DNA from: a virus
Lineage: Duplodnaviria > Caudoviricetes
Length of the DNA: 52,890 nucleotides
IMG/VR virus record: IMGVR_UViG_3300033412_000021
Coordinates: 1 to 52,890 of that record
Strand: one strand, 5' to 3'
This document shows, piece after piece, positions 45,432 through 52,890 of this stretch; positions within the stretch are counted from its first letter, which is position 1; every line of letters starts with the position of its first letter. A program made the position numbers and the translations under genes. The notes beneath the pieces are model-generated. The model was given only the letters and a program-made list of their open reading frames with translations, searched no databases and was not told the DNA's origin.

Positions 45432-48003
45432 GCCAGTCCTCTCGTTTCGGTCCCGAGGTGTTCCAGGTGGGGCCGGTCCAGCGCCATCCGACGATCAACG
45501 TCTCCCCGTTGCTGCGCCTCTTCGTGTACTTCATCAACATCGCCAGGGATACCCCGAACCTTTGCGCAGCAAGGGAATGATAACCCTGGTCTTCGCACCA
45601 GTAGGCGTTGGCGCGGCGCAGGTGGCTGATGTTCGTCTCAGCGGCCGGGTCCTCAACCAGGTCCCCGCGCTCCTGGGCGTACGCCACCCACTGTGCCAGC
45701 GGGTCTGTCTCGGCCCGGTGGTCGGCGACGGAGTCTTTCAGCTCCTGCGGTTCAACGAGCCGACCAGCGGCCCGGTACCTGCGCAGAGCTTCGAGGAGCA
45801 GGTTGAACAACCCCGCCCCTTCTTCGGTGGCAAGCGTGCGGCCGATGTTCGGGATGGCCTGGTAGCCGCTGGAGCCGTCGTCGGTGAACTCGTTGGTGAA
45901 CCTGATGGTCTTGATGCGCCGCCACATGGCTTCGCCGTCGGAAGAGAACCGGGGCAAGTTGTTGGTGGCGATCCAAACGGCACACTGCGGAATCCACCAC
46001 TGGGGCTTCTCGTACAAGGTCCGGGTGGTCATGGTGTCTTTGCCGGTGACCCGTTTGACGAGTTCTTCGTCGAGCTGGATGTCGTAGCTGGTTTCGGAGG
46101 TGTACACGAACCGGGCACCGCGCATCGCGTGGAGTTCGGCGTTGGGACCGTGTTCGCGGCGCTTGGTGAACGTGCCCGGGGAGACGGAGACGGCGTAGTC
46201 GCCGAACATTCCCTGCATCATCTCCGCGACCTGGGTTTTGCCGCTGTTCGACGGGCCCTGGGAGATGAAAAGGGCCTTGCGGTCTGCTTCGCCGGTCATC
46301 GAGTACGCCAGGGAAGTGAGGGTGAACTCACGCATGTCCTCACTCGGCAGCAGGTCCGAGAAGAAGGCTTCGGTGCGGGGGGCTTTCGCGTCGGGATCGT
46401 AGGAGACACCGGCGACCTTGGTCAGCATGTACTTCGGGTCGTGGGGCAGGAAAACGTCGTCTACGAGGTCGTAGACGCCGTTCTGGAGGTTCATGTAGCG
46501 GGGTTCGGTGTCGAACTCGGCGATGTGGGCGGTGACTTTGTTGCCGATAGACGACAGAATGTTGGCCTTGTTGCCGTTTCGGCACGTTGTGACATGTTTG
46601 CGTAGCGCTTTGGCTATCGGCATCTTGTCCGGGTCGGCTTCAGCTTCGGCTTCGAGGGTGGCCAGTTCGTCGAGCATGACCTCGGTCATGGAGACGAAGG
46701 CTTCGGAGACGCTGGAGCCGGTCTCGTCGCGGTCCCAGAAGGTGCCGTTCCACACCCGCCAGGAGCGTTCCTCGACGACGTAGCGGATGATGTCGCCCCA
46801 GGTGTTGACGAACCGGGACGCTGCACCTTCGATGGTGTAGTCCTGGCGGCCTTTGGGGCGGGGAAGCAATCGGCTGTCCACGGGCGCCGGGCTGTTAATG
46901 GATCTGTCCACATTGGAGACCGGCTTCGGCTGGTCGCCGTAGCCTTGGCGGCCGAGGTCGCGGGCTGCTGCCTTGTGGTCCCCGTTGTGGTGCAGGAGAC
47001 TGTAGGCGTGGAACTTGGTGATGGGCTCCCAGGCGGGGAATTCGGTCTCAGTGGACATGACGAACAGCCGGTCGCGGGCGGAGTCGTGCCCGGTGGTGGC
47101 GCTGTGGCCGTCCCTGCGGGGCTTGCCGGGCCGCGTCCAGTAGTCAGTTTGTCCAGTGCGGTGGTGCCAGGTCCATCCGGCTGGTTCGAGAATGTCAGCC
47201 CAACTGGTTCGGTTTTCGTAGTCGTCTCCGGGGGTCAAACCCTCGGACGTGCGTGGCTGAACTCGTGGATTCGCGACCGGGGCGGGCTCTGGGATCGCTT
47301 GTACGGCTGAAACCAGAGCATCTTTGAGTTCGTCGAGGGTGTAGCTGCGGTCCCAAGTGTCTTCGATGACCCGGCAGGGACGGGCGAGGCCCTCTTTCCG
47401 GTTGATGGTGCCAGGCAGGCGCAGGACTCGTGACAGGTCGCCTACGCCGGACCCGTAGTGCAGGCCGAGGGTGCTGGCGGCGTACGCAATGACTTCTTGC
47501 CATTTGGCACACAGGACCCGCAGCTGTTCGAAGTCTTCGCGGCTGGCGATACGGTGACTGTGGGCGAGGAGCCACATCGGGTACAGGCCGCCACCGGAGT
47601 GGACCCAGACGGTTGGGGTGGGCAGGTTCGCGGCGGCGAGGATCCGTTGGGCGTCGCCGAGGGTTTCGGGGAGCCGATGGGTGGTTTTGTGGCCGGGCCC
47701 AGCGAGGTCGATGTCTGCCCAGAGGCCGGGGAAGCTGGCACTGTCGGTGTCAGATCCGCGTTTGCCAGGTTCGAGCGCGCCGAGGAGCGTGGTCACACGC
47801 AGGTAGATGCCTTGGGCGTTGTCTTTTGCCCGGATGTAGCGGGCGGCGTCTTCGCGTTCAATGGCCCAGTCGAAGCTGCGGCCTTCCCAGTCCCCGAAGG
47901 CACAAAGGTGGACAAATCCAGGAGAATCTCCGTGGATGATGTCGATCCAGTTGAGACAAGATTCAACATCCAGTTGCGGCGGACCTTCAAAAGTGTCTAT
48001 CGT
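45412..48003 (-). CDS. Primase-helicase (N-terminal primase domain plus P4/D5-type SF3 helicase); start codon uncertain
   Basis: GLWADID, VHSGGGLY, DLSRVLRLPGTIN; D5_N NLQNGVYDL; Walker A GPSNSGKT; VKRVTGKD; ATNNLP; frame stays open 69 codons upstream of the 47796 GTG. Confidence 0.88.
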   Translation of the reverse strand, partial: TIDTFEGPPQLDVESCLNWIDIIHGDSPGFVHLCAFGDWEGRSFDWAIEREDAARYIRAKDNAQGIYLRVTTLLGALEPGKRGSDTDSASFPGLWADIDLAGPGHKTTHRLPETLGDAQRILAAANLPTPTVWVHSGGGLYPMWLLAHSHRIASREDFEQLRVLCAKWQEVIAYAASTLGLHYGSGVGDLSRVLRLPGTINRKEGLARPCRVIEDTWDRSYTLDELKDALVSAVQAIPEPAPVANPRVQPRTSEGLTPGDDYENRTSWADILEPAGWTWHHRTGQTDYWTRPGKPRRDGHSATTGHDSARDRLFVMSTETEFPAWEPITKFHAYSLLHHNGDHKAAARDLGRQGYGDQPKPVSNVDRSINSPAPVDSRLLPRPKGRQDYTIEGAASRFVNTWGDIIRYVVEERSWRVWNGTFWDRDETGSSVSEAFVSMTEVMLDELATLEAEAEADPDKMPIAKALRKHVTTCRNGNKANILSSIGNKVTAHIAEFDTEPRYMNLQNGVYDLVDDVFLPHDPKYMLTKVAGVSYDPDAKAPRTEAFFSDLLPSEDMREFTLTSLAYSMTGEADRKALFISQGPSNSGKTQVAEMMQGMFGDYAVSVSPGTFTKRREHGPNAELHAMRGARFVYTSETSYDIQLDEELVKRVTGKDTMTTRTLYEKPQWWIPQCAVWIATNNLPRFSSDGEAMWRRIKTIRFTNEFTDDGSSGYQAIPNIGRTLATEEGAGLFNLLLEALRRYRAAGRLVEPQELKDSVADHRAETDPLAQWVAYAQERGDLVEDPAAETNISHLRRANAYWCEDQGYHSLAAQRFGVSLAMLMKYTKRRSNGETLIVGWRWTGPTWNTSGPKREDWHDRVDP

Positions 48004-48224
48004 GGCACCGTCCTCTCACCGCTAAGGCTTGTGACCGTCCTCCGAGCCTGTGGTGATGACCATCGGCCCCGGTGCTCACAACACGCGGGGCCGCTTAGCA
48101 TCTAGCGGCCGAAGGTTCCCTGAGGCTACTCCTGATCACGTCGCTGGCGCCAGTGCCAACACGCGTGATAAGTTTGGTCTAGTGGATCTGCCCGAGTCCT
48201 CGGTGCATGCTTCTACTCCTCTCG

Positions 48225-48264
48225 GAAACGGCCCCGGTGCCTAGGCACCCGGGCCGTTTCTTTT
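48225..48264 (+). terminator. Hairpin with a + strand T-tract between the SSB-like and primase genes
   Basis: GAAACGGCCC..GGTGC-CTAG-GCACC..GGGCCGTTTC-TTTT. Confidence 0.7.
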
Positions 48265-48272
48265 GCCGAGGA

Positions 48273-48920
48273 TCAGAACGGCGGCTCGTCGTCTTGTTCC
48301 TGGCCCCAGTGGTTGGTGGCCTGGGCCTGGTCGAGGAATGAGCCACCGGAGTTGCGTGGGCTGTCGTTGCGGTCGTGCTGGCCCCAATTCTGGGCTCCGC
48401 CTCCGCTGCTGCTACGCCCGTTGTTCTCGACCTGCTGCTGCTCCTGGCGCTTCTGGTCGTCGAAGTTCCACGGCGGCGGCGGGGGCAGCTCGTCGAACTC
48501 GGGGTGCCGAGCCAGGAATGCCATCCCGGCAGCGAGGGCTCGCTCGTTGGACTTCATCTCCGTAATGGCGTACGGCGAGGACTTGTCGCTGCGGTCCTTC
48601 TTGTCCCACATGATGAGGATCTTGCGGCCGACGTCTGCCTTCAGGTCGGCGACCAGCAGCCCGGTGAAGATCATGACCTGCGGGTAGATCTTGCCTGGCT
48701 GCCCGTCCTCGTTCAGTTCGTCGATGTCGGCAACAGCGCAGCGGACCGCGTTGTTGGGGTAAGACCGGCCATTGCGTTCCACGTAGCCGGTCTTGCAATA
48801 GGGCGTGATGACCGGGGACACCTCGTCGAAGACGCGGACCACGAGCAGGTGGCCGAGGTGCTCTCGGGGGTCGAACTTCTCTCGGGGCTCATTGGCCCTG
48901 GAGTCATCGAAGCCGCTCAC
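48273..48920 (-). CDS. ssDNA-binding-like protein
   Basis: Between exonuclease and primase; G/Q-rich linker and acidic tail EQDDEPPF. Confidence 0.6.
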   Translation of the reverse strand: MSGFDDSRANEPREKFDPREHLGHLLVVRVFDEVSPVITPYCKTGYVERNGRSYPNNAVRCAVADIDELNEDGQPGKIYPQVMIFTGLLVADLKADVGRKILIMWDKKDRSDKSSPYAITEMKSNERALAAGMAFLARHPEFDELPPPPPWNFDDQKRQEQQQVENNGRSSSGGGAQNWGQHDRNDSPRNSGGSFLDQAQATNHWGQEQDDEPPF

Positions 48921-49858
48921 TTCTTTCCCTCTCTCTTCATGTTCCAACCCGGGCACCCCTTGTCGGTGGCGGGCTGGTCGGCGGCCATTTCCTTGTTGAA
49001 CAGGCCGCACCAGGTACATCCGAAGCCAGGCGTGGGAGCAATCGTCTCCCACAGGTCCGGATTGCTACGAATGTCTATTTCCTTCAGGTGTCGGGCGATC
49101 CCATACGCCCGGGTCAACGCCGCCACTGGAACGTTCGGATCATATGGGGCCGCCCAAACGAACATGTCACGCAGCCATCCGGCCCTGGGCAGGTAGACGA
49201 TTGCTACCTGGGTGATCGGGTGTCCGGCTTCGTTGAGCCCCTTGGCGTATGAGTTGATCTGGACTAGGTACTTGCGGCTGGGGCCTTCTTTGCGGGCCCG
49301 GTCGATGACGTCTTTGCCGCCGGACTTGAAGTCGACGACGAGCGGGGACCGGACGATGTCGGCGTGACCGGAGATCAGGGGATCGACAACCACCTGGTTT
49401 TCGATCAGCCACGCGCCGCCGTGTTCCTTGGCGTATGCCCGGATCACGTCTCCCAAGCGGGCGTGGATGGACGAGCCAACGAACCCCGGCCAGGGGTCGC
49501 CGTGGTTGTACCCCCTGATCCCGGCGATCTTGTAGGCGAGTTCCCGGTCGCATTCGGTGCCGAGGTCGCTGGGTCCGAGCCCGAGCTGCCGGGAGCGGGG
49601 GGTGAACTCTTCATGCCAGCGGATCATCGTAGTGAACTCTGCCTGAAGGTCCGCTGCCAGCTCGGCCAAAGGGATGAATCCGTTGCGGACGGCCGAGTCG
49701 TCGAACGGGTTTACCTGGTTGACCGAGGCTGGGTTGTGCTGTTCGGCAGGTACACCCTCCACCGAACAGCCGGGATGGGACATCATGCCAAGGGACGCCA
49801 TGATGGGATCCAGCATGTCGGGACACACCGCGCATTTGCGCTGGATCACTTTAGGCAT
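48917..49858 (-). CDS. Cas4-like PD-(D/E)XK exonuclease
   Basis: GPSDLGTECDR, GSSIH, GHAD..VVDFKS, QINSYAKG, CTWC. Confidence 0.85.
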   Translation of the reverse strand: MPKVIQRKCAVCPDMLDPIMASLGMMSHPGCSVEGVPAEQHNPASVNQVNPFDDSAVRNGFIPLAELAADLQAEFTTMIRWHEEFTPRSRQLGLGPSDLGTECDRELAYKIAGIRGYNHGDPWPGFVGSSIHARLGDVIRAYAKEHGGAWLIENQVVVDPLISGHADIVRSPLVVDFKSGGKDVIDRARKEGPSRKYLVQINSYAKGLNEAGHPITQVAIVYLPRAGWLRDMFVWAAPYDPNVPVAALTRAYGIARHLKEIDIRSNPDLWETIAPTPGFGCTWCGLFNKEMAADQPATDKGCPGWNMKREGKK

Positions 49859-49888
49859 ACGACCACCCTAGATTCGGGGTCTGACAGT

Positions 49889-50260
49889 TTAGTCGCGTCG
49901 GCATGCGGCCAAGTCCTCGTCGGTGGCCCACAGTCCGAGCGTGCCGAAGTCCCACAGTTCCCGTTTGCGGCGTTTCATCATGGATTCGAAGGTGTGTGCC
50001 GACACCCCTAGTTTCATGGCGACGATCCGGGCTGGTGTGACGTCGTCCCAGGTGAGGCCCTCATCGTCGAGGGCGTCTGACGCGGCGAGGAAGTCGTCGA
50101 GCAGGTCGTTGAACTGCTGCTGGGCGTCTATGGGGATAGTTTCGGAGTCGGTTTCCCAGCGGAGGATGGCGGTGGGGGAGTAGCCGAAGATCTCCGACAG
50201 CTGGTTGCGGGATATGCCGGTGATGCGTTTGACATGTGCCAGGGTCACGGACGGCTTCAT
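49889..50260 (-). CDS. HTH DNA-binding protein (two HTH-like segments)
   Basis: GISRNQLSEIFGYSPTAILRWE; VAMKLGVS. Confidence 0.7.
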   Translation of the reverse strand: MKPSVTLAHVKRITGISRNQLSEIFGYSPTAILRWETDSETIPIDAQQQFNDLLDDFLAASDALDDEGLTWDDVTPARIVAMKLGVSAHTFESMMKRRKRELWDFGTLGLWATDEDLAACRRD

Positions 50261-50349
50261 ACCCGGTGATCATAGGCTACCGGGGGGCCCGGGTAAACAG
50301 TAGCCCCGGCTCCGGGGAAGTGGGGCCGGGGCTACCCGAGGGGATGGGA

Positions 50350-50526
50350 TCAGTTGGGCTTCAGCCTGAACAACTTGCGCCACCAGGGACGGTCGTCCAT
50401 AGCTGCCTTTTCGAGGCAGGCCCGGCAGCCAAAGTGGCAGCAGTAATGGCACTCGCCCCCACACCCGCACTCTTCCTCGGGTTCATACCGGTGAAGATCT
50501 TCGCAATCTGGATCCTGGCACCTCAT
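50350..50526 (-). CDS. Small Cys-rich protein (58 aa, not in ORF track)
   Basis: ATGA overlap; RBS GGAGG; MRCQDPDC...ECGCGGECHYCCHFGCRACL. Confidence 0.5.
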   Translation of the reverse strand: MRCQDPDCEDLHRYEPEEECGCGGECHYCCHFGCRACLEKAAMDDRPWWRKLFRLKPN

Positions 50527-50759
50527 CGGACCGCCTCCTCTCCTCGCTCAACGAAGCCCTGAGAACGGTCGAGGAGGCCCGAGGAATCGAATTCCACCCA
50601 TCCTCTCAACTCGGCCACCAGGCCAACGCCTATCCGGACGAGGGACTCCAGGTCTTCGTAGGCGTCCAGTAGCTCTTCGACCGCCATGCCTTGCTCCTTT
50701 GAAGCGAAGGGTTCGCGGCGCAGCTTGTCGGTGATCTCATGAACGAATTTGCTGGTCAC
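50523..50759 (-). CDS. Hypothetical protein
   Basis: GTGA overlap; operon position. Confidence 0.5.
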   Translation of the reverse strand: MTSKFVHEITDKLRREPFASKEQGMAVEELLDAYEDLESLVRIGVGLVAELRGWVEFDSSGLLDRSQGFVERGEEAVR

Positions 50760-51112
50760 TGGCCCCCCTCTTCCCGGAGTTCCTTGGCTGCCGCGCGGAG
50801 CAGATCCTGGACCTGTTCCTTGGTGCGCAGCGGGGCATCGTTCCAGGCGATCAGGGGCACGGGGATGATCCCGGTTGGCACTGGCAGTCCCAGGACCCTG
50901 CTGGCGGTTTGCCAGTCGAAGGACCAGATTGTCCAGAATGGGTTGCCGAGCCGTTGCCCCGCAGCTTTGCGCAACGCACCTGCCAAGCAGGCGGGCTTAC
51001 CTGGGTGGCCAAACTGCCCCTGGCACCAGCCGTCGATGTCGAGGATGTCGGCAGCGTTGTCGTAGTCCTCGGCGATGAACTCGACCCGGTCTGCGGTTTC
51101 GCCCATGATCAT
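50756..51112 (-). CDS. DUF6197-like protein (paralog B)
   Basis: AADILDIDGWCQG...CLAGAL...AWNDAPLRTKEQV. Confidence 0.65.
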   Translation of the reverse strand: MIMGETADRVEFIAEDYDNAADILDIDGWCQGQFGHPGKPACLAGALRKAAGQRLGNPFWTIWSFDWQTASRVLGLPVPTGIIPVPLIAWNDAPLRTKEQVQDLLRAAAKELREEGGQ

Positions 51113-51489
51113 TAGGACCGCCCCTCGTTGCGCAGCTTCTTCGCCGCGAACTCCAGCCGCTCGATGACCTCTTCCTGGGTCCGCTCCGGCTTGTCGTTCC
51201 AGTCCTGGACGCAGACGTAGCCGTCGAGTTCCATGTCTTCGGCGACCCGGGAGCCCTCGATTCGGAAGTCCGTGCCCACCATCCGTTCCTGCATCGCCGC
51301 CACCATGACGCCACCGGCACACATGCCGCCGTCTACATCCTCGGCGACACCCTTGGCCAGGCCACCGCTACGCAGCATCTCTGCTGCTCGTTCGTAGTCT
51401 TCGGCAACGGGGGTCAGCATCGGCCTCGCGAGCCAACGCATGGCTTCGACCGCCGACATGCGGTCCGGTACTCGCTGTACCTTCACCAA
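51112..51489 (-). CDS. DUF6197-like protein (paralog A)
   Basis: AAEMLRSGGLAKG...MCAGG...DWNDKPERTQEEV. Confidence 0.6.
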   Translation of the reverse strand: MVKVQRVPDRMSAVEAMRWLARPMLTPVAEDYERAAEMLRSGGLAKGVAEDVDGGMCAGGVMVAAMQERMVGTDFRIEGSRVAEDMELDGYVCVQDWNDKPERTQEEVIERLEFAAKKLRNEGRS

Positions 51490-51607
51490 TATCTCCTTAC
51501 TCCTCTCGGCCGGAATCTCATCTTGAGACGCCGGTATCTACGAACTTTGGCGAGAACTACGAGCCGGTGAACCGATTTCTCGAAGCTCAACGGCTCGTAG
51601 TCTTCGT

Positions 51608-51886
51608 CTACTCCTTCTCCTGGATCACCAGTTCCATGCCCAACAGGTCCAGAAGTTCCAGCAGGTCGTGGGGGTGGACCGTCCGTTCCGCTCGTTCCCA
51701 TTTACCCACCACGCTCACAGTTGTGCCGAAATGGTCCGCAATGTCACGGGTGGACTTCCCCCCGGCGATACGTGCCCGACGGAGGGCCAGCATCAGTTTG
51801 CGCCACTCCTTTGGAGTATTGGCCTGGGTGATCTTCCGCCGCGACATCTGCTTCCCTACCGTAAGACCACGATTGGGGTTCGTCAC
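51608..51886 (-). CDS. XRE-family HTH regulator
   Basis: LRRARIAGGKSTRDIADHFGTTVSVVGKWERAE. Confidence 0.8.
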   Translation of the reverse strand: MTNPNRGLTVGKQMSRRKITQANTPKEWRKLMLALRRARIAGGKSTRDIADHFGTTVSVVGKWERAERTVHPHDLLELLDLLGMELVIQEKE

Positions 51887-51887
51887 G

Positions 51888-52724
51888 TCAGTTGACCTCC
51901 GGCCACTTCTCCGGGCTCTTGCCGCCCATGCGGAAGCCGATCTGCTGGATGTCGGTGCGGCCCTCCAGGTACCAGTTCCACACCTTGATCAGGACAGCGG
52001 TCTGCCAGACGACGTTGCGCTTGGACTTGTCGCCGCTGCTCTTCCAGTCCAGCGACTGGCGGCGCAGCTCCCAGACCGGGTTGCCGCGTCCCATGTTCTG
52101 CCCGTCGGCGAGACGCTCGAAGAAGGTGTCGGCTTCCTCCGGGTTCGCCTGCTCGAACAGCCACATGCACAGGCCGACGACGGACGGGGTCAGCCCGGCC
52201 TTCTTGGCGACCGTAGCGGCCCGCGACACGATGAATCCCAGCTCAGGGTGCTCCAGGTACGTGTGGGTGAGCTGCTTGCCCGAGGGGATGTAGCCGCTGG
52301 AGCGGTACTTGTAGCCGCGCTTCCACAGGAACACGGCCCGGACGAGGGCGGCGAGGGCCAGGTAGTTCGGCTCCTTGAACGTCATCCGCAGATCGTCGGC
52401 AAACTTGCGGGCCGTGTTGCGGTCGATGGTCGCCTGGGCGCTCATCTTCAGTCCCCGCACGACGAGCAGGGTCTGCGTCTTGCCGCTGTCCTTGATCGCC
52501 TGGAGGCGGTGCTGTCCGTCGATCAGGGTGTTGTCTTCGGCGAACTTGATCGTTTCACCGTTGAGGTCCCACTCGTCGGCTTCCATGTCGACGGCGTAGG
52601 AGCCTGCGATGCGGTAGCGCATGTTGCGGTTGTGCGTGTTCCACGCGTCAAGCCACTCGGTGGCCTGCTCGGGGGTGACGTCGATGAACTCGACGGTCAC
52701 TCCGTCCTTCTCGATTCTCTCCAT
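51888..52724 (-). CDS. ParB-like / DGQHR-motif DNA-binding protein
   Basis: VTPEQATEWL, HNRN, WDLNGETIKF, LIDGQHRLQA; purine-rich RBS. Confidence 0.8.
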   Translation of the reverse strand: MERIEKDGVTVEFIDVTPEQATEWLDAWNTHNRNMRYRIAGSYAVDMEADEWDLNGETIKFAEDNTLIDGQHRLQAIKDSGKTQTLLVVRGLKMSAQATIDRNTARKFADDLRMTFKEPNYLALAALVRAVFLWKRGYKYRSSGYIPSGKQLTHTYLEHPELGFIVSRAATVAKKAGLTPSVVGLCMWLFEQANPEEADTFFERLADGQNMGRGNPVWELRRQSLDWKSSGDKSKRNVVWQTAVLIKVWNWYLEGRTDIQQIGFRMGGKSPEKWPEVN

Positions 52725-52763
52725 GTCCCTTCTTCCTCTCACGCGGTACATGTCCCTGGTGAA

Positions 52764-52890
52764 CAAGTACCACGCCCCCCACGTTACCCCTCCCCCAGGG
52801 TTCTGGCAACTGCCTGTTGGTCCAGTGCAACCCAGTCGCATCCCTGTTGATCTTCAAAAGGGTATGCACTGTGCCGTCTACCTGCGCAAA
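52764..52890 (-). repeat. Right inverted terminal repeat (127 bp)
   Basis: Exact reverse complement of 1-127. Confidence 0.97.

Noticed and set aside
45256-46605. Long antisense ORFs (also 34397-35455, 29359-30564, 33016-34098 and 51567-52850)
   Set aside because: Shadow frames of real high-GC genes, with no motifs or initiation signals
48917-49858. Cas4-like nuclease as the acquisition enzyme for the arrays
   Set aside because: It lies 10 kb away in a standard exonuclease-SSB-primase module, as is common in actinophages

Overview
A high-GC actinobacteriophage genome (siphovirus-type, probable filamentous actinomycete host), near-complete and bounded by an exact 127-bp inverted repeat that carries an inward-facing promoter. 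The left arm (+, ~0.1-8.3 kb) holds small early genes, including a Thg1-like 3'-5' polymerase, a nucleotidyltransferase-like protein and endonuclease VII. The centre (-, 8.2-40.5 kb) holds lysis, tail, head, portal and terminase genes, including a ~1930-aa multidomain head protein with a C-terminal zincin. Next come a tRNA/ncRNA cluster (+, 40.6-42.9 kb), a small virion-gene block, and the right arm (-, 45.2-52.7 kb) with primase-helicase, SSB-like, Cas4-like exonuclease, HTH and ParB-like genes. No integrase or DNA polymerase was recognised. The standout feature is a self-contained + strand cassette between portal and terminase (36635-38723): promoter, a 13-unit array of GGY-NN pentamers, a Cas7/RAMP-like gene, an accessory gene, a second 5-unit array, and a terminator. 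It looks like a phage RNA-guided system whose information lies in the variable dinucleotides (VIPR-like). All calls come from manual motif reading; no database searches were run.
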